Below, piece by piece: positions 6,234 to 13,651 of a stretch of 13,651 nt of DNA. Location of the stretch: NCBI GenBank assembly GCA_038208905.1, contig JBBQYG010000108.1:1-13651 (forward strand). The letters are read 5' to 3'. The notes under the pieces are model-generated. The model was not told the DNA's origin, searched no databases, and saw only the letters and a program-made list of their open reading frames with translations. Numbering within the stretch: position 1 is the stretch's first letter; every line of letters starts with the position of its first letter. Both the position numbers and the translations under genes were made by a program. Origin of the DNA: Candidatus Sumerlaeia bacterium (GTDB taxonomy: Bacteria > Sumerlaeota > Sumerlaeia > SLMS01).

Positions 6234-8108
6234 CTACTCCGGCGCCTCTCCCGCGCTCCGCTTCAGAATATAGTAGAGCGGCGAGGTCGGGTCAAAGTTC
6301 AGCTTCCGGGCCGCCGCGAAAAAACGCTCGGATTCCTGCGGGAAGTAGGTGCCCAGGACCAGCAGCAGCGCGCGGCGGTCGTTGAGATCGATTTCGATTT
6401 CCACCAGATCGGCCAAAGCTGGTGGTTGAGGCGCCCGAAGGATCGCCGCGATCTCCCCGTTGTGTGCGCCTGAGGCGGAGTCAAGTTCCTCCAGCCCGAG
6501 CCGCAGGATGTCCTTGGCGAGAACCGCCGCACCCATCCGCGAGGCGACCGAGTAAGTTAGCAAGTAGTCCACCGGCCCGCCTTCGGAGCTTTCCTTCAGC
6601 AATTCGGCGGCCTTCTCTACGTTGCCAAGATCGAGCCACTCGTGAACGCCGCGAACACCGTCATTGAGTTCTCCCATGCCCACCAAGTAGTCCTGAAGGC
6701 GTCCCTCGCCGCGTAGAATCAGGACCTTCAGGAAGTCGGATTGCCTGAACAGCTTTGACTTTGTGGAGGCGACATAGCGATCGACAATGGTCTGCGCCTC
6801 GAAGGAGTTCCCGGCCCGGGACAAGAGTTCAACGGCCAACGCCGCATTGGAGTAGTCGTCGGGTGGTGGCGCGGAGGCAACCCGTCGCGCGGCGTCCTCG
6901 ATCACGGCGTCGAATCTACCGTTTGCCATACTGGCTGCGCGCCACGCGGCCAAGGCTGCCCTATCAGTCGGCATCGCTGCGATTGCCTGTTCCGCGTATC
7001 CGATGGCCTCCGTGAAATCCCCCATTTCCATGTATCGATTTGCCAAGCGGACTGCGGCGGCTGGGCATGGCGTCGGCGCGCCGGCCGAGCGCCGCAGGAG
7101 GTCCATCGACTCGTCTCGCACAGTCAGCCCGGAAAGGAGAAACATGAGGTCTCCGTTGCCCGGCTCCGTGGCCAATTGATCGCGGTATTCTTTCTGAAGG
7201 TCGCGCGCCGGCAAATGCTGTGCCGCATAACCTGCAAAGAAGCGATGCACTTCGAGCTGGATCGGGCGTATCGCGAGCGCTCTGGCGAGGACCGCCTCGA
7301 ACTCCTCCTTCGGCAGAAAGTCCTTGCCAAGAGCCAAGGACTCCAACTGTCCCGGGTTTAGCTCCAGCAGACGCCTGATCACATTCGCCACAGAATTGTT
7401 TCGTTCCACGTAGGCGATGTGAAGCAGCGAACCAGGGTGACGAAGCGCACTGAACACATCCAGCCGCCTGCGCGGCGTCTTCCGGGCGCGCGAAGTCACA
7501 TCGTCTTCTTCGGGGAATTGTTCGAAGGCGAAGTCCAGATCGTCAAAACGCTGGAAGGAACTGTCGATGATCGCCTTCGGAGACTCGATTGCCGCCCCGC
7601 CTGAAAGCCGCTCGATCTGAACGCGCATAACGGCGAGGCGATCAGGATTCAGAACGTAAACTGGCCTGCGCGTGGAGGACCTTCCCGCCGGGACGTCGAT
7701 TCTGATGGTTTCTTCGCGAATCTCAAACGGGGTGCCGTCCACGGTGACGGTATGGGAACCCGCGCTTGCCGTGATCGGCATTGGGGTGTCCGGCTCTACA
7801 TTGTAAACCCTGCCGTCAATGCTGATCGTGTACGGACTGCCTAGCGCGTTGTAGAGGTGGATGGTCTGCTCCTTTTTATCCGTGGCAAAGTGGAGATATC
7901 CCACCACCATTGCCACCAACACCACCGCCATCGCTGCAAACAGCGCCATGACCATCCCCGGCCCGCGGCGCTTGGGGGTCCGGTTCTCCAGGTTGTTCCG
8001 GAACGGGTTCTGCTTCTCGAAGACCTTCGACGGTCGATTCATGTCGATCAGGATCGGTTCACGGAGGGGACGGTCAATGGGAAGGCGCACCGCGGGGAGA
8101 TCAGACAC
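6234..8108 (-). CDS. Membrane-anchored TPR-like repeat protein (N-terminal TM, small beta-sandwich domain, long helical repeat region), up to 624 aa
   Basis: TM MVMALFAAMAVVLVAMVVGYLHF; beta domain LYNALGSPYTISIDG...GSHTVTV; TPR-like LANRYMEMGDFTEAIGYAEQAIAAMP, GRFDAVIEDA, LGNVEKAAELL. Start is GTG 8108 or ATG 8042. Confidence 0.8.
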   Translation of the reverse strand: MSDLPAVRLPIDRPLREPILIDMNRPSKVFEKQNPFRNNLENRTPKRRGPGMVMALFAAMAVVLVAMVVGYLHFATDKKEQTIHLYNALGSPYTISIDGRVYNVEPDTPMPITASAGSHTVTVDGTPFEIREETIRIDVPAGRSSTRRPVYVLNPDRLAVMRVQIERLSGGAAIESPKAIIDSSFQRFDDLDFAFEQFPEEDDVTSRARKTPRRRLDVFSALRHPGSLLHIAYVERNNSVANVIRRLLELNPGQLESLALGKDFLPKEEFEAVLARALAIRPIQLEVHRFFAGYAAQHLPARDLQKEYRDQLATEPGNGDLMFLLSGLTVRDESMDLLRRSAGAPTPCPAAAVRLANRYMEMGDFTEAIGYAEQAIAAMPTDRAALAAWRAASMANGRFDAVIEDAARRVASAPPPDDYSNAALAVELLSRAGNSFEAQTIVDRYVASTKSKLFRQSDFLKVLILRGEGRLQDYLVGMGELNDGVRGVHEWLDLGNVEKAAELLKESSEGGPVDYLLTYSVASRMGAAVLAKDILRLGLEELDSASGAHNGEIAAILRAPQPPALADLVEIEIDLNDRRALLLVLGTYFPQESERFFAAARKLNFDPTSPLYYILKRSAGEAPE

Positions 8109-8118
8109 CCGCTACCGA

Positions 8119-8134
8119 TGGCATAGGAAGTGCA
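8119..8134 (+). promoter_or_regulatory. Putative sigma54 (-24/-12) promoter
   Basis: TGGCATAGGAAGTGCA has exact GG-N10-GC spacing and is close to the TGGCAC-N5-TTGCA consensus. It is intergenic, and the predicted +1 near 8145 falls just before the AAAGGA RBS of the downstream gene. Confidence 0.5.
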
Positions 8135-8157
8135 AACCGGGACCGAAAGGAATGCAT

Positions 8158-8613
8158 ATGGCCATGAAACTGAATCGTCAGACAGTGCCAGAGCTGGCCA
8201 GTCGTCTTGGCGAAGTGCGCAGTATTGACCAGCGACGATGGGGGAAGCTGGACCCTCCCGGCCTGATGGCCCACCTCAATGTTGCCCTGAAAGCGTCGCT
8301 CGGAGAGGTGCCGGTTGCATTCGTTGGAAACCCCGTATCGCGCTCCCTTCCCGTCCGGTGGTTCGTTCTGTCGCCTCTTCCCTGGCCACGCGGGCGGATC
8401 AAGGCTCCCGATTCCGCCACTCCCCCGCCGGGTCTTCCTCTGGACGAGGGACGTGTCCAGGTGCTCTCGAAGTTGGATTCCTTCTTTACCGCTCTCGAGA
8501 CGGATCCGACCCGCCTCGCAGTGCATCCCTTCTTTGGACCTTGGTCGCTCATCGTTTGGCGGAGGTTTCACGAGAAGCACTTCGACCATCATCTGGCCCA
8601 GTTTGGCGTGTAG
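8158..8613 (+). CDS. DUF1569 / DinB-superfamily protein, 151 aa
   Basis: RWGKLDPPGLMAHL, LPWPRG-x-x-KAP, HPFFGP-x-S-x-x-x-W, KHFDHHLAQFGV. AAAGGA (8146-8151) lies 6 nt before ATG 8158. The longer 7861 start overlaps the opposite-strand gene and was not used. Confidence 0.9.
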   Translation: MAMKLNRQTVPELASRLGEVRSIDQRRWGKLDPPGLMAHLNVALKASLGEVPVAFVGNPVSRSLPVRWFVLSPLPWPRGRIKAPDSATPPPGLPLDEGRVQVLSKLDSFFTALETDPTRLAVHPFFGPWSLIVWRRFHEKHFDHHLAQFGV

Positions 8614-8643
8614 CATAAAGCGCGGGTAGGGGCCCCTTTGCGG

Positions 8644-8672
8644 TTGCCTGTGGACGGCGAGACGACTACCCT
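8644..8672 (+). promoter_or_regulatory. Possible sigma70-type promoter for the sensor phosphatase
   Basis: TTGCCT (8644-8649)-N17-TACCCT (8667-8672), 50 nt upstream of the TTG start. Confidence 0.3.
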
Positions 8673-8722
8673 GACGCCATCGAAAACTCGCGGGGCTGCC
8701 ATATCCCGGCCCAGAGGACACA

Positions 8723-11700
8723 TTGTCGGACTTCACGTCGCCGCCGGATCATCAGGAATCCCTCCAATACGGCAGGACGATTCTATTCTACACGCTCGCT
8801 GGGGCGGCACTTGGCGTGGCCCTGACCACGTCCGCCTGGATGTTCGAGTTTCAGGAACGCGAAGTCGTCATCTCCCTTGAGGGTCTGAAGGAGCTTCACA
8901 GGCAGAACGGCCTCCTGTGGCTGATTGACCTGGCTCCTGTGATCGCCGCATTGATTTTCGCAAAGATCGGCGGAAATCAGGCCCGTATCGAGCGCGCCAA
9001 TCGTGAGCTTGAGGACCGCGTCACCGACCGGACGTTCCAGATCACACTGGAAAAGGCCCGCACCAGCGCGATCCTGGACACTGCGGCCGACGCCATCGTG
9101 ACTTTCAACGGCGCGGGTATGATCGTGGGTTACAACAACGCGGCGGAGCGAATCTTTGGCTACCACGTTTCCGAGGCGATGGGACGACAGCTCCAGACGA
9201 TCGTCCCCGCGCTCGATTCCGATCCGCGCCGCTCCTACTCGGCGGTGGCAAAGGAACGGGGCGGAGTGACCAACGTCCCGCAGGCCCGTGAATTCGAGGG
9301 GCTGCGCAAGGACGGCACAACCTTCCCCATCGAGGTGGATATCAGCCGCTTCACCATCGGCGAGGAGGCATCCTACACCGCCATCATCCGCGACATCACG
9401 GAGCGCAAGCGGCAGGAGCGCCTCCAGCGTTCCCTCATGGAAGTGTCGGAGGCGGTCAATCAGGTGGAGAACCTGAAGGACCTCTACGAGTCCATCCACG
9501 AGGCGCTCTCGCGCGTGATGGAAGTCGGCAACTTCTACATCGCGCTGTACCACGCCGACACCCATGAATTCGAGTTTCCCTTCGTCCACGACGAGTTGCT
9601 CCAGTTGGAGGGGACGCGCATTTCCGCGGAGCGGACGCTCATGGATCTCGTCCGCCAGCGCGAGGAGCCGGTCATCCTCGACCGCGCGGAGTGCGACGGC
9701 CTGGTCGCGCAAGGAATGCTCGACGCCGTCGAGCACCCATTCCATAGCTGGCTTGGCGTCCCGTTGGAGACCATGGGCAAGAAGGTCGGCGTGATGGTAG
9801 TCCAGAGCTATGTGGAGGGCGTTGCCCACACAGAGAAGGACATCTGGATCCTCACCTTCGTCTCGGCCCAGATCGCCTCGGCCATCGACCGCGAGAACGC
9901 CCGGGAATCGATCCGTTCCAGCGAGCGGCGCTATCGCCGCATCGTGGAGGAGGCCGGCGATATCGTCTATACAACCGACCGCGAGGGGCGTCTTACCTAC
10001 GTCAACCCCTCTACCGTCAAGCTGACCGGCTATCGGGAGAAGGAACTGATCGGCATGCCGTTTCCGCTCCTCGTCAGGGAGGACATGAGGCGCATGGTGC
10101 AGGAGTTCTACGAGCGCCAGCTCGAAGAACTCGCTCGGGAGACCACCCTCGAATTTCCCATCGTCACCAAGGACATGCGGGTGCGCTGGATCGAGCAGAG
10201 CACAACTCTGATCGTCGAGGAGGACCACATCGTCGGCTGCGAGTCCATCGTCCACGACGTGACCCTGCGCCGCGAGGCGGAGGAGGGCCTGCGCGAGCGC
10301 GAGGAGCGCTTTCGCTCACTCAGTGCGTCGTCGCCAATCGGCATCTTCCAGCTCGACGAGCGCGGGCGCTGCATCTACGTCAATGGCCGCTTCGAGGAAA
10401 TCACCGGGCGCGCTTCGGAGGAGTGTCTGGGCACTGCCTGGATGGATGTTATCCATCCCGAAGAGCGCGACACCTTCCGGACGGAATGGATTTTCGCGCG
10501 CGAGGAGGGTGCCAGCGCCGCGCGCGAAGTGCGAGTTCTCCACCCATCGGGAGACATCCGCTGGGTCAATATCCGCTGGGCATCCACGCTCGATCCCACC
10601 GGGCGGATCATCGGCTTTGTGGGCACCTTCGAGGACATCACCACCCGCAAGGGATCGGAACGCGTCGCCACCGCCCTACACGAAATTTCCCAGGCGTCTC
10701 AGGAGTCCACCGACCTCGAGGAATTCTACGCGCGCGTCCACACCTCCCTGACGGCGATCATCGACACGACGAACTTCTACATCGCGATGTTCGACGAGGA
10801 ATCCCAGATCATCAGCTTTCCCTATGCCTTCGAGGATGTCACCACGCGCCTCGACCTCCCCGACCGCAAACTGGGCAAGGGGCTGACCGGACTGCTGATC
10901 CGGCGCGGAAAGCCGATGCTGCTGGATCGCGAGGGAATGCGGCGGCTCTATGACAGCGGCCAAGCGGAACTGATCGGCAAGCCCGCGGAACATTGGCTCG
11001 GCGTGCCCCTCGTCTCCGCCGGCAAGGTCTTCGGCGCGATCATCATACAAAGCTATACGCCGTCGCGGAGATATACAGAGGCGGATGTGCAGACTCTCGG
11101 CGTTGTCTCGTCCCAGCTCTCCGCCGCGATCCTCCGCAAGCAGTCGGAGCAAGAGGCGCGCGAGTACTTCGCCCAGCTCTCGGAAGCTCACGACCGCATC
11201 AAGCAGGACTTGGAACTGGCGGCGAAGATCCAGCGCTCCCGGCTTCCCAAGCAGCCCCCCGCCATTCCCGAGGTCGAGGTCTCGTGGCTGTTCGACTCCT
11301 GCGACGAGGTCGCGGGTGACATGTTTAACTTCGTGCAGCTAGACGAGCATCACCTAGCCTTCTACATTCTCGACGTCTCCGGCCACGGCGTCTCCGCGGC
11401 GCTGCTCTCGATGTCGCTGAGTCGAGCCCTCACCGCCACCAGCGATGGTTCGGGCGTGCTGCTGCGCCAAACGCCCTCGGGGCCCGTGATGGCCTCGCCG
11501 CGCGAAGTGGCCGAGGCCATGAACGAGCGCTTTCCCATGAACCTCGAGACCAACCAGTACTTCACGATGCTCTACGGGATTCTCGACCTCTCCACGCTGT
11601 CGTTCCGATATGTCCGCGGCGGGCATCCCGCGCCGGTCCTTGTGTCGGAATCGGGTACGCGCGAGATCGAGGAGGGATGCGGGCCTGCCATCGGCATCAT

Positions 11701-12007
11701 CCCCAACATGGCCTACCAGGAAGTTGTCCTCCAGTTGAAGCCCCACGATCGCATCTATCTTTTCACAGATGGCGTGGACGAAACGACGAACACCAGCGGC
11801 GAGGAGTTTGGATTTGGGCGAATCAGCGCGGCGCTGGAGGCACAGCGCGATGCCAGCGTGGACACTTCGATTCGAAAGCTCCGCGAGACCGTCCGCGCCT
11901 TCAGCGCCGCCGGCGTGCAGTCCGACGACATCACCATCGTCGGTTTCCGGATCACATCCGAGGCCGTAGCCGCGTCAGCCCTTCCGCTCGCGGCATTGGC
12001 AACGTAG
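8723..12007 (+). CDS. Membrane-bound multi-sensor PP2C/SpoIIE (RsbU/RsbP-type) phosphatase: 2TM-PAS-GAF-PAS-PAS-GAF-PP2C, 1094 aa
   Basis: TTG start after AGAGGA. Two N-terminal hydrophobic helices; three PAS/PAC units ending in RDITERK, HDVTLRR and EDITTRK; two GAF domains (NFYIA...WLGVPL...QSY); PP2C motifs VAGDMFNF, DVSGHGVSAAL, YFTM, GGHP, FTDGVDE, DDITIV. Confidence 0.95.
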   Translation: MSDFTSPPDHQESLQYGRTILFYTLAGAALGVALTTSAWMFEFQEREVVISLEGLKELHRQNGLLWLIDLAPVIAALIFAKIGGNQARIERANRELEDRVTDRTFQITLEKARTSAILDTAADAIVTFNGAGMIVGYNNAAERIFGYHVSEAMGRQLQTIVPALDSDPRRSYSAVAKERGGVTNVPQAREFEGLRKDGTTFPIEVDISRFTIGEEASYTAIIRDITERKRQERLQRSLMEVSEAVNQVENLKDLYESIHEALSRVMEVGNFYIALYHADTHEFEFPFVHDELLQLEGTRISAERTLMDLVRQREEPVILDRAECDGLVAQGMLDAVEHPFHSWLGVPLETMGKKVGVMVVQSYVEGVAHTEKDIWILTFVSAQIASAIDRENARESIRSSERRYRRIVEEAGDIVYTTDREGRLTYVNPSTVKLTGYREKELIGMPFPLLVREDMRRMVQEFYERQLEELARETTLEFPIVTKDMRVRWIEQSTTLIVEEDHIVGCESIVHDVTLRREAEEGLREREERFRSLSASSPIGIFQLDERGRCIYVNGRFEEITGRASEECLGTAWMDVIHPEERDTFRTEWIFAREEGASAAREVRVLHPSGDIRWVNIRWASTLDPTGRIIGFVGTFEDITTRKGSERVATALHEISQASQESTDLEEFYARVHTSLTAIIDTTNFYIAMFDEESQIISFPYAFEDVTTRLDLPDRKLGKGLTGLLIRRGKPMLLDREGMRRLYDSGQAELIGKPAEHWLGVPLVSAGKVFGAIIIQSYTPSRRYTEADVQTLGVVSSQLSAAILRKQSEQEAREYFAQLSEAHDRIKQDLELAAKIQRSRLPKQPPAIPEVEVSWLFDSCDEVAGDMFNFVQLDEHHLAFYILDVSGHGVSAALLSMSLSRALTATSDGSGVLLRQTPSGPVMASPREVAEAMNERFPMNLETNQYFTMLYGILDLSTLSFRYVRGGHPAPVLVSESGTREIEEGCGPAIGIIPNMAYQEVVLQLKPHDRIYLFTDGVDETTNTSGEEFGFGRISAALEAQRDASVDTSIRKLRETVRAFSAAGVQSDDITIVGFRITSEAVAASALPLAALAT

Positions 12008-12019
12008 TATCCTTCTCCC

Positions 12020-12047
12020 TTGCTCACCCTCCGCCGCTCCCTAAGCT
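12020..12047 (+). promoter_or_regulatory. Possible sigma70-type promoter for the DUF2760-Hsp70 unit
   Basis: TTGCTC (12020-12025)-N16-TAAGCT (12042-12047) in the 94-nt intergenic gap. Confidence 0.25.
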
Positions 12048-12101
12048 CCCCCCTGCGGCGCGGCAGCCTTTCGCCCGCCGAGCCACCGGGAGACGATCAG
12101 G

Positions 12102-12602
12102 ATGAGACTTTTCACGGCCTTCACATGGTTTTTCAAGATTCTCGCCAAGGGCGACGCGGCCTTTGCCGAGGCACCCGTTGCCGCCGCGGCCCCCGAGGCC
12201 CCGAAGCCTGTCTTCGCGAAGTCCTCCAATCCAGCGGTCCAACTTCTCTCCTTGCTACAGAAGGAAGGCAGGCTGGTCGATTTCCTGCATGAGGACATCG
12301 CCGCCTTCTCCGACGCGGAAATTGGCGCCGCTGTGCGTCCGATCCACGCGGGGTCGCGCCGGGCGCTGCTCGCCGCCGTGCCGCTCTCTCGCGTTGCCAC
12401 CGAGGCGGAGGGATCGCCAATCACGCTTCCCGCTGGCTTTGACCCCTCTTGCTTCGAGTTGCAGGGCAACGTTTCCGGCGCGGCGCCCTATCGCGGCACG
12501 CTGGTTCACGGCGGATGGATCGCGGGGCAGTTGAAGCTCCCCACCGTGCCCGCCGGAGCCGACCCCACCGTCGTGGCGCCTGCCCAGGTGGAGGTCCGCT
12601 GA
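12102..12602 (+). CDS. DUF2760 domain-containing protein, 166 aa
   Basis: AVQLLSLLQKEGRLVDFLHEDIAAFSDAEIGAAVRPIH, GNVSGAAPYRGTLVHGGW and VVAPAQVEV are characteristic of this family, which typically precedes Hsp70-like genes. Confidence 0.88.
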   Translation: MRLFTAFTWFFKILAKGDAAFAEAPVAAAAPEAPKPVFAKSSNPAVQLLSLLQKEGRLVDFLHEDIAAFSDAEIGAAVRPIHAGSRRALLAAVPLSRVATEAEGSPITLPAGFDPSCFELQGNVSGAAPYRGTLVHGGWIAGQLKLPTVPAGADPTVVAPAQVEVR

Positions 12603-12603
12603 G

Positions 12604-13651
12604 ATGAGCCGATTCGTCGTCGGGATCGATCTCGGCACCACCAACACCGCGCTCGCCTTCGTGGACACGGCCGTCTCGCCGGAGGTGCTCGAGGAATCCA
12701 TCGTCGCCACGTTTCCCGTGGATCAGGTCGTCGCGCCCGGGTCCGTGGATCAGCGCATGACGCTGCCGAGCGCCGTTTATATCGCCGGGGGGAGCGAGTT
12801 GCCCGAGGGCTCGCTCAACCTACCCTGGCGGCACGAATTGCGGGTGGCCATCGGCGCCTTTGCGCGGGAGCAGGGCGGCAAGATTCCCACGCGCTTCATT
12901 CATTCCAGCAAGAGCTGGCTCTGCCACGGCGGCGTCGATCGCGAGGCGCGCATATTGCCGCCGGGTTCGCCCGAGGAAGATGCTCGGCGCTCCCCCGCCG
13001 AGATCGCGACGCTGCTTCTCACCCACCTCGTCGAGTCCTGGAATCACAACATGGCCGCGGGCGATGCGAGCCTCGCGCTGACGGAGCAGGAGGTGACACT
13101 CTGCGTTCCCGCCAGCTTCGACGCGGGTGCGCGTAACCTGACCGTGGCCGCGGCTGAGCGCGCCGGGTTCACAAACCTCCACCTGCTGGAGGAACCCCAG
13201 GCGGCGATCTATAGCTGGATCGAATCCGCGGGCCGCGACTGGCGCGAGCACGTGCATCCCGGCGACCTTATCATGGTGGTGGACGTCGGCGGCGGCACGT
13301 CGGACTTTTCGCTAATCGCCGTGACGGAGTCGGGCGGCGAGCTGGAACTTCGCCGCGTCGCCGTGGGGGAACATATCCTCCTCGGTGGCGACAACATGGA
13401 CCTCGCTATCGCGTATGGGGTGGCACAGCGCCTGGAGCAGGAACGCGGGAAGAAACTCGACCCGTGGCAGATGAGCGCCCTCGTGCAGCAGTGCCGCGCG
13501 GGAAAGGAAGAACTCCTCTCCGACCCCGCGCTGGAATCCTTCCCGCTCGTGATCCTCGGGCGCGGATCGTCGCTGATCGGCTCCACCATCCGGACGGAGA
13601 TCCCCCGCGCCGGGCTTGATGCGTTTCTCCTCGATGGCTTCTTTCCCGCCT
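12604..13651 (+). CDS. Atypical Hsp70/DnaK-family protein, 3' cut by the window edge
   Basis: Own translation from ATG 12604: MSRFVVGIDLGTTNTALA...SSKSWLCHGGVDR...VPASFD...LLEEPQAAIYSW...VVDVGGGTSDFSLI...GEHILLGGDNMDLA...LLDGFFP, open to the end of the window. Hsp70 ATPase motifs plus subfamily features (SKSWL, EEPQAA, LLGGDNMD) unlike canonical DnaK. Absent from the ORF track because there is no stop in the window. Confidence 0.95.
   Translation, partial: MSRFVVGIDLGTTNTALAFVDTAVSPEVLEESIVATFPVDQVVAPGSVDQRMTLPSAVYIAGGSELPEGSLNLPWRHELRVAIGAFAREQGGKIPTRFIHSSKSWLCHGGVDREARILPPGSPEEDARRSPAEIATLLLTHLVESWNHNMAAGDASLALTEQEVTLCVPASFDAGARNLTVAAAERAGFTNLHLLEEPQAAIYSWIESAGRDWREHVHPGDLIMVVDVGGGTSDFSLIAVTESGGELELRRVAVGEHILLGGDNMDLAIAYGVAQRLEQERGKKLDPWQMSALVQQCRAGKEELLSDPALESFPLVILGRGSSLIGSTIRTEIPRAGLDAFLLDGFFPA

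Noticed and set aside
7861..8157. N-terminal extension of the DUF1569 ORF
   Set aside because: Antisense to the TPR gene; family similarity and the RBS start at 8158.
8628..8637. Perfect 10-bp palindrome AGGGGCCCCT after the DUF1569 stop
   Set aside because: Low complexity, no loop for a hairpin, and likely by chance in GC-rich DNA; not supportable as a terminator or operator.
8783..10255. 490-aa minus-strand ORF
   Set aside because: Codon-aligned antisense shadow of the sensor phosphatase, with typical L/D/V/G/H-rich shadow composition.
12604..13651. Calling the Hsp70 gene dnaK, or hscA because an nfu gene is in the window
   Set aside because: Motifs differ from canonical DnaK/HscA (EEPQAA rather than NEPTAA, SKSWL insert), and nfu is 12 kb away with unrelated genes in between.
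1..13651. CRISPR arrays, tRNA/rRNA, IS/transposase/integrase, defence or toxin systems
   Set aside because: No spaced direct repeats, RNA-gene signatures or corresponding protein motifs seen by eye; short structured ncRNAs cannot be excluded without a covariance-model search.

Overview
GC-rich bacterial chromosomal window with no rRNA, tRNA, CRISPR array or recognisable mobile element. From left to right: (1) the 3' end of a NifU/NfuA-type Fe-S carrier gene; (2) about 1.27 kb of frameshifted coding DNA, made of a 5'-truncated fragment and a secreted Ig-like + Pro/Thr linker + dockerin-like gene broken by compensating -1/+1 frameshifts; (3) a tight minus-strand operon of membrane protein, ABC1/UbiB atypical kinase and M20D amidohydrolase; (4) a divergent, strongly degenerate BirA/biotin-ligase-like gene overlapping a membrane-anchored hypothetical; (5) an unannotated start-less Cys-containing beta-prism/lectin-like remnant; (6) a membrane-anchored TPR-like protein; (7) a DUF1569/DinB-like gene behind a good sigma54-type motif; (8) a 1094-aa 2TM-PAS-GAF-PAS-PAS-GAF-PP2C (RsbU/SpoIIE-type) sensor phosphatase; (9) a DUF2760 gene 1 nt upstream of an atypical Hsp70-family gene that runs off the right edge. 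Best leads: the pseudo-BirA, the DUF2760-Hsp70 module beside the orphan phosphatase, and the decayed dockerin-tagged locus. All family calls come from motif recognition by eye; no searches were run, and no novel system can be firmly claimed.
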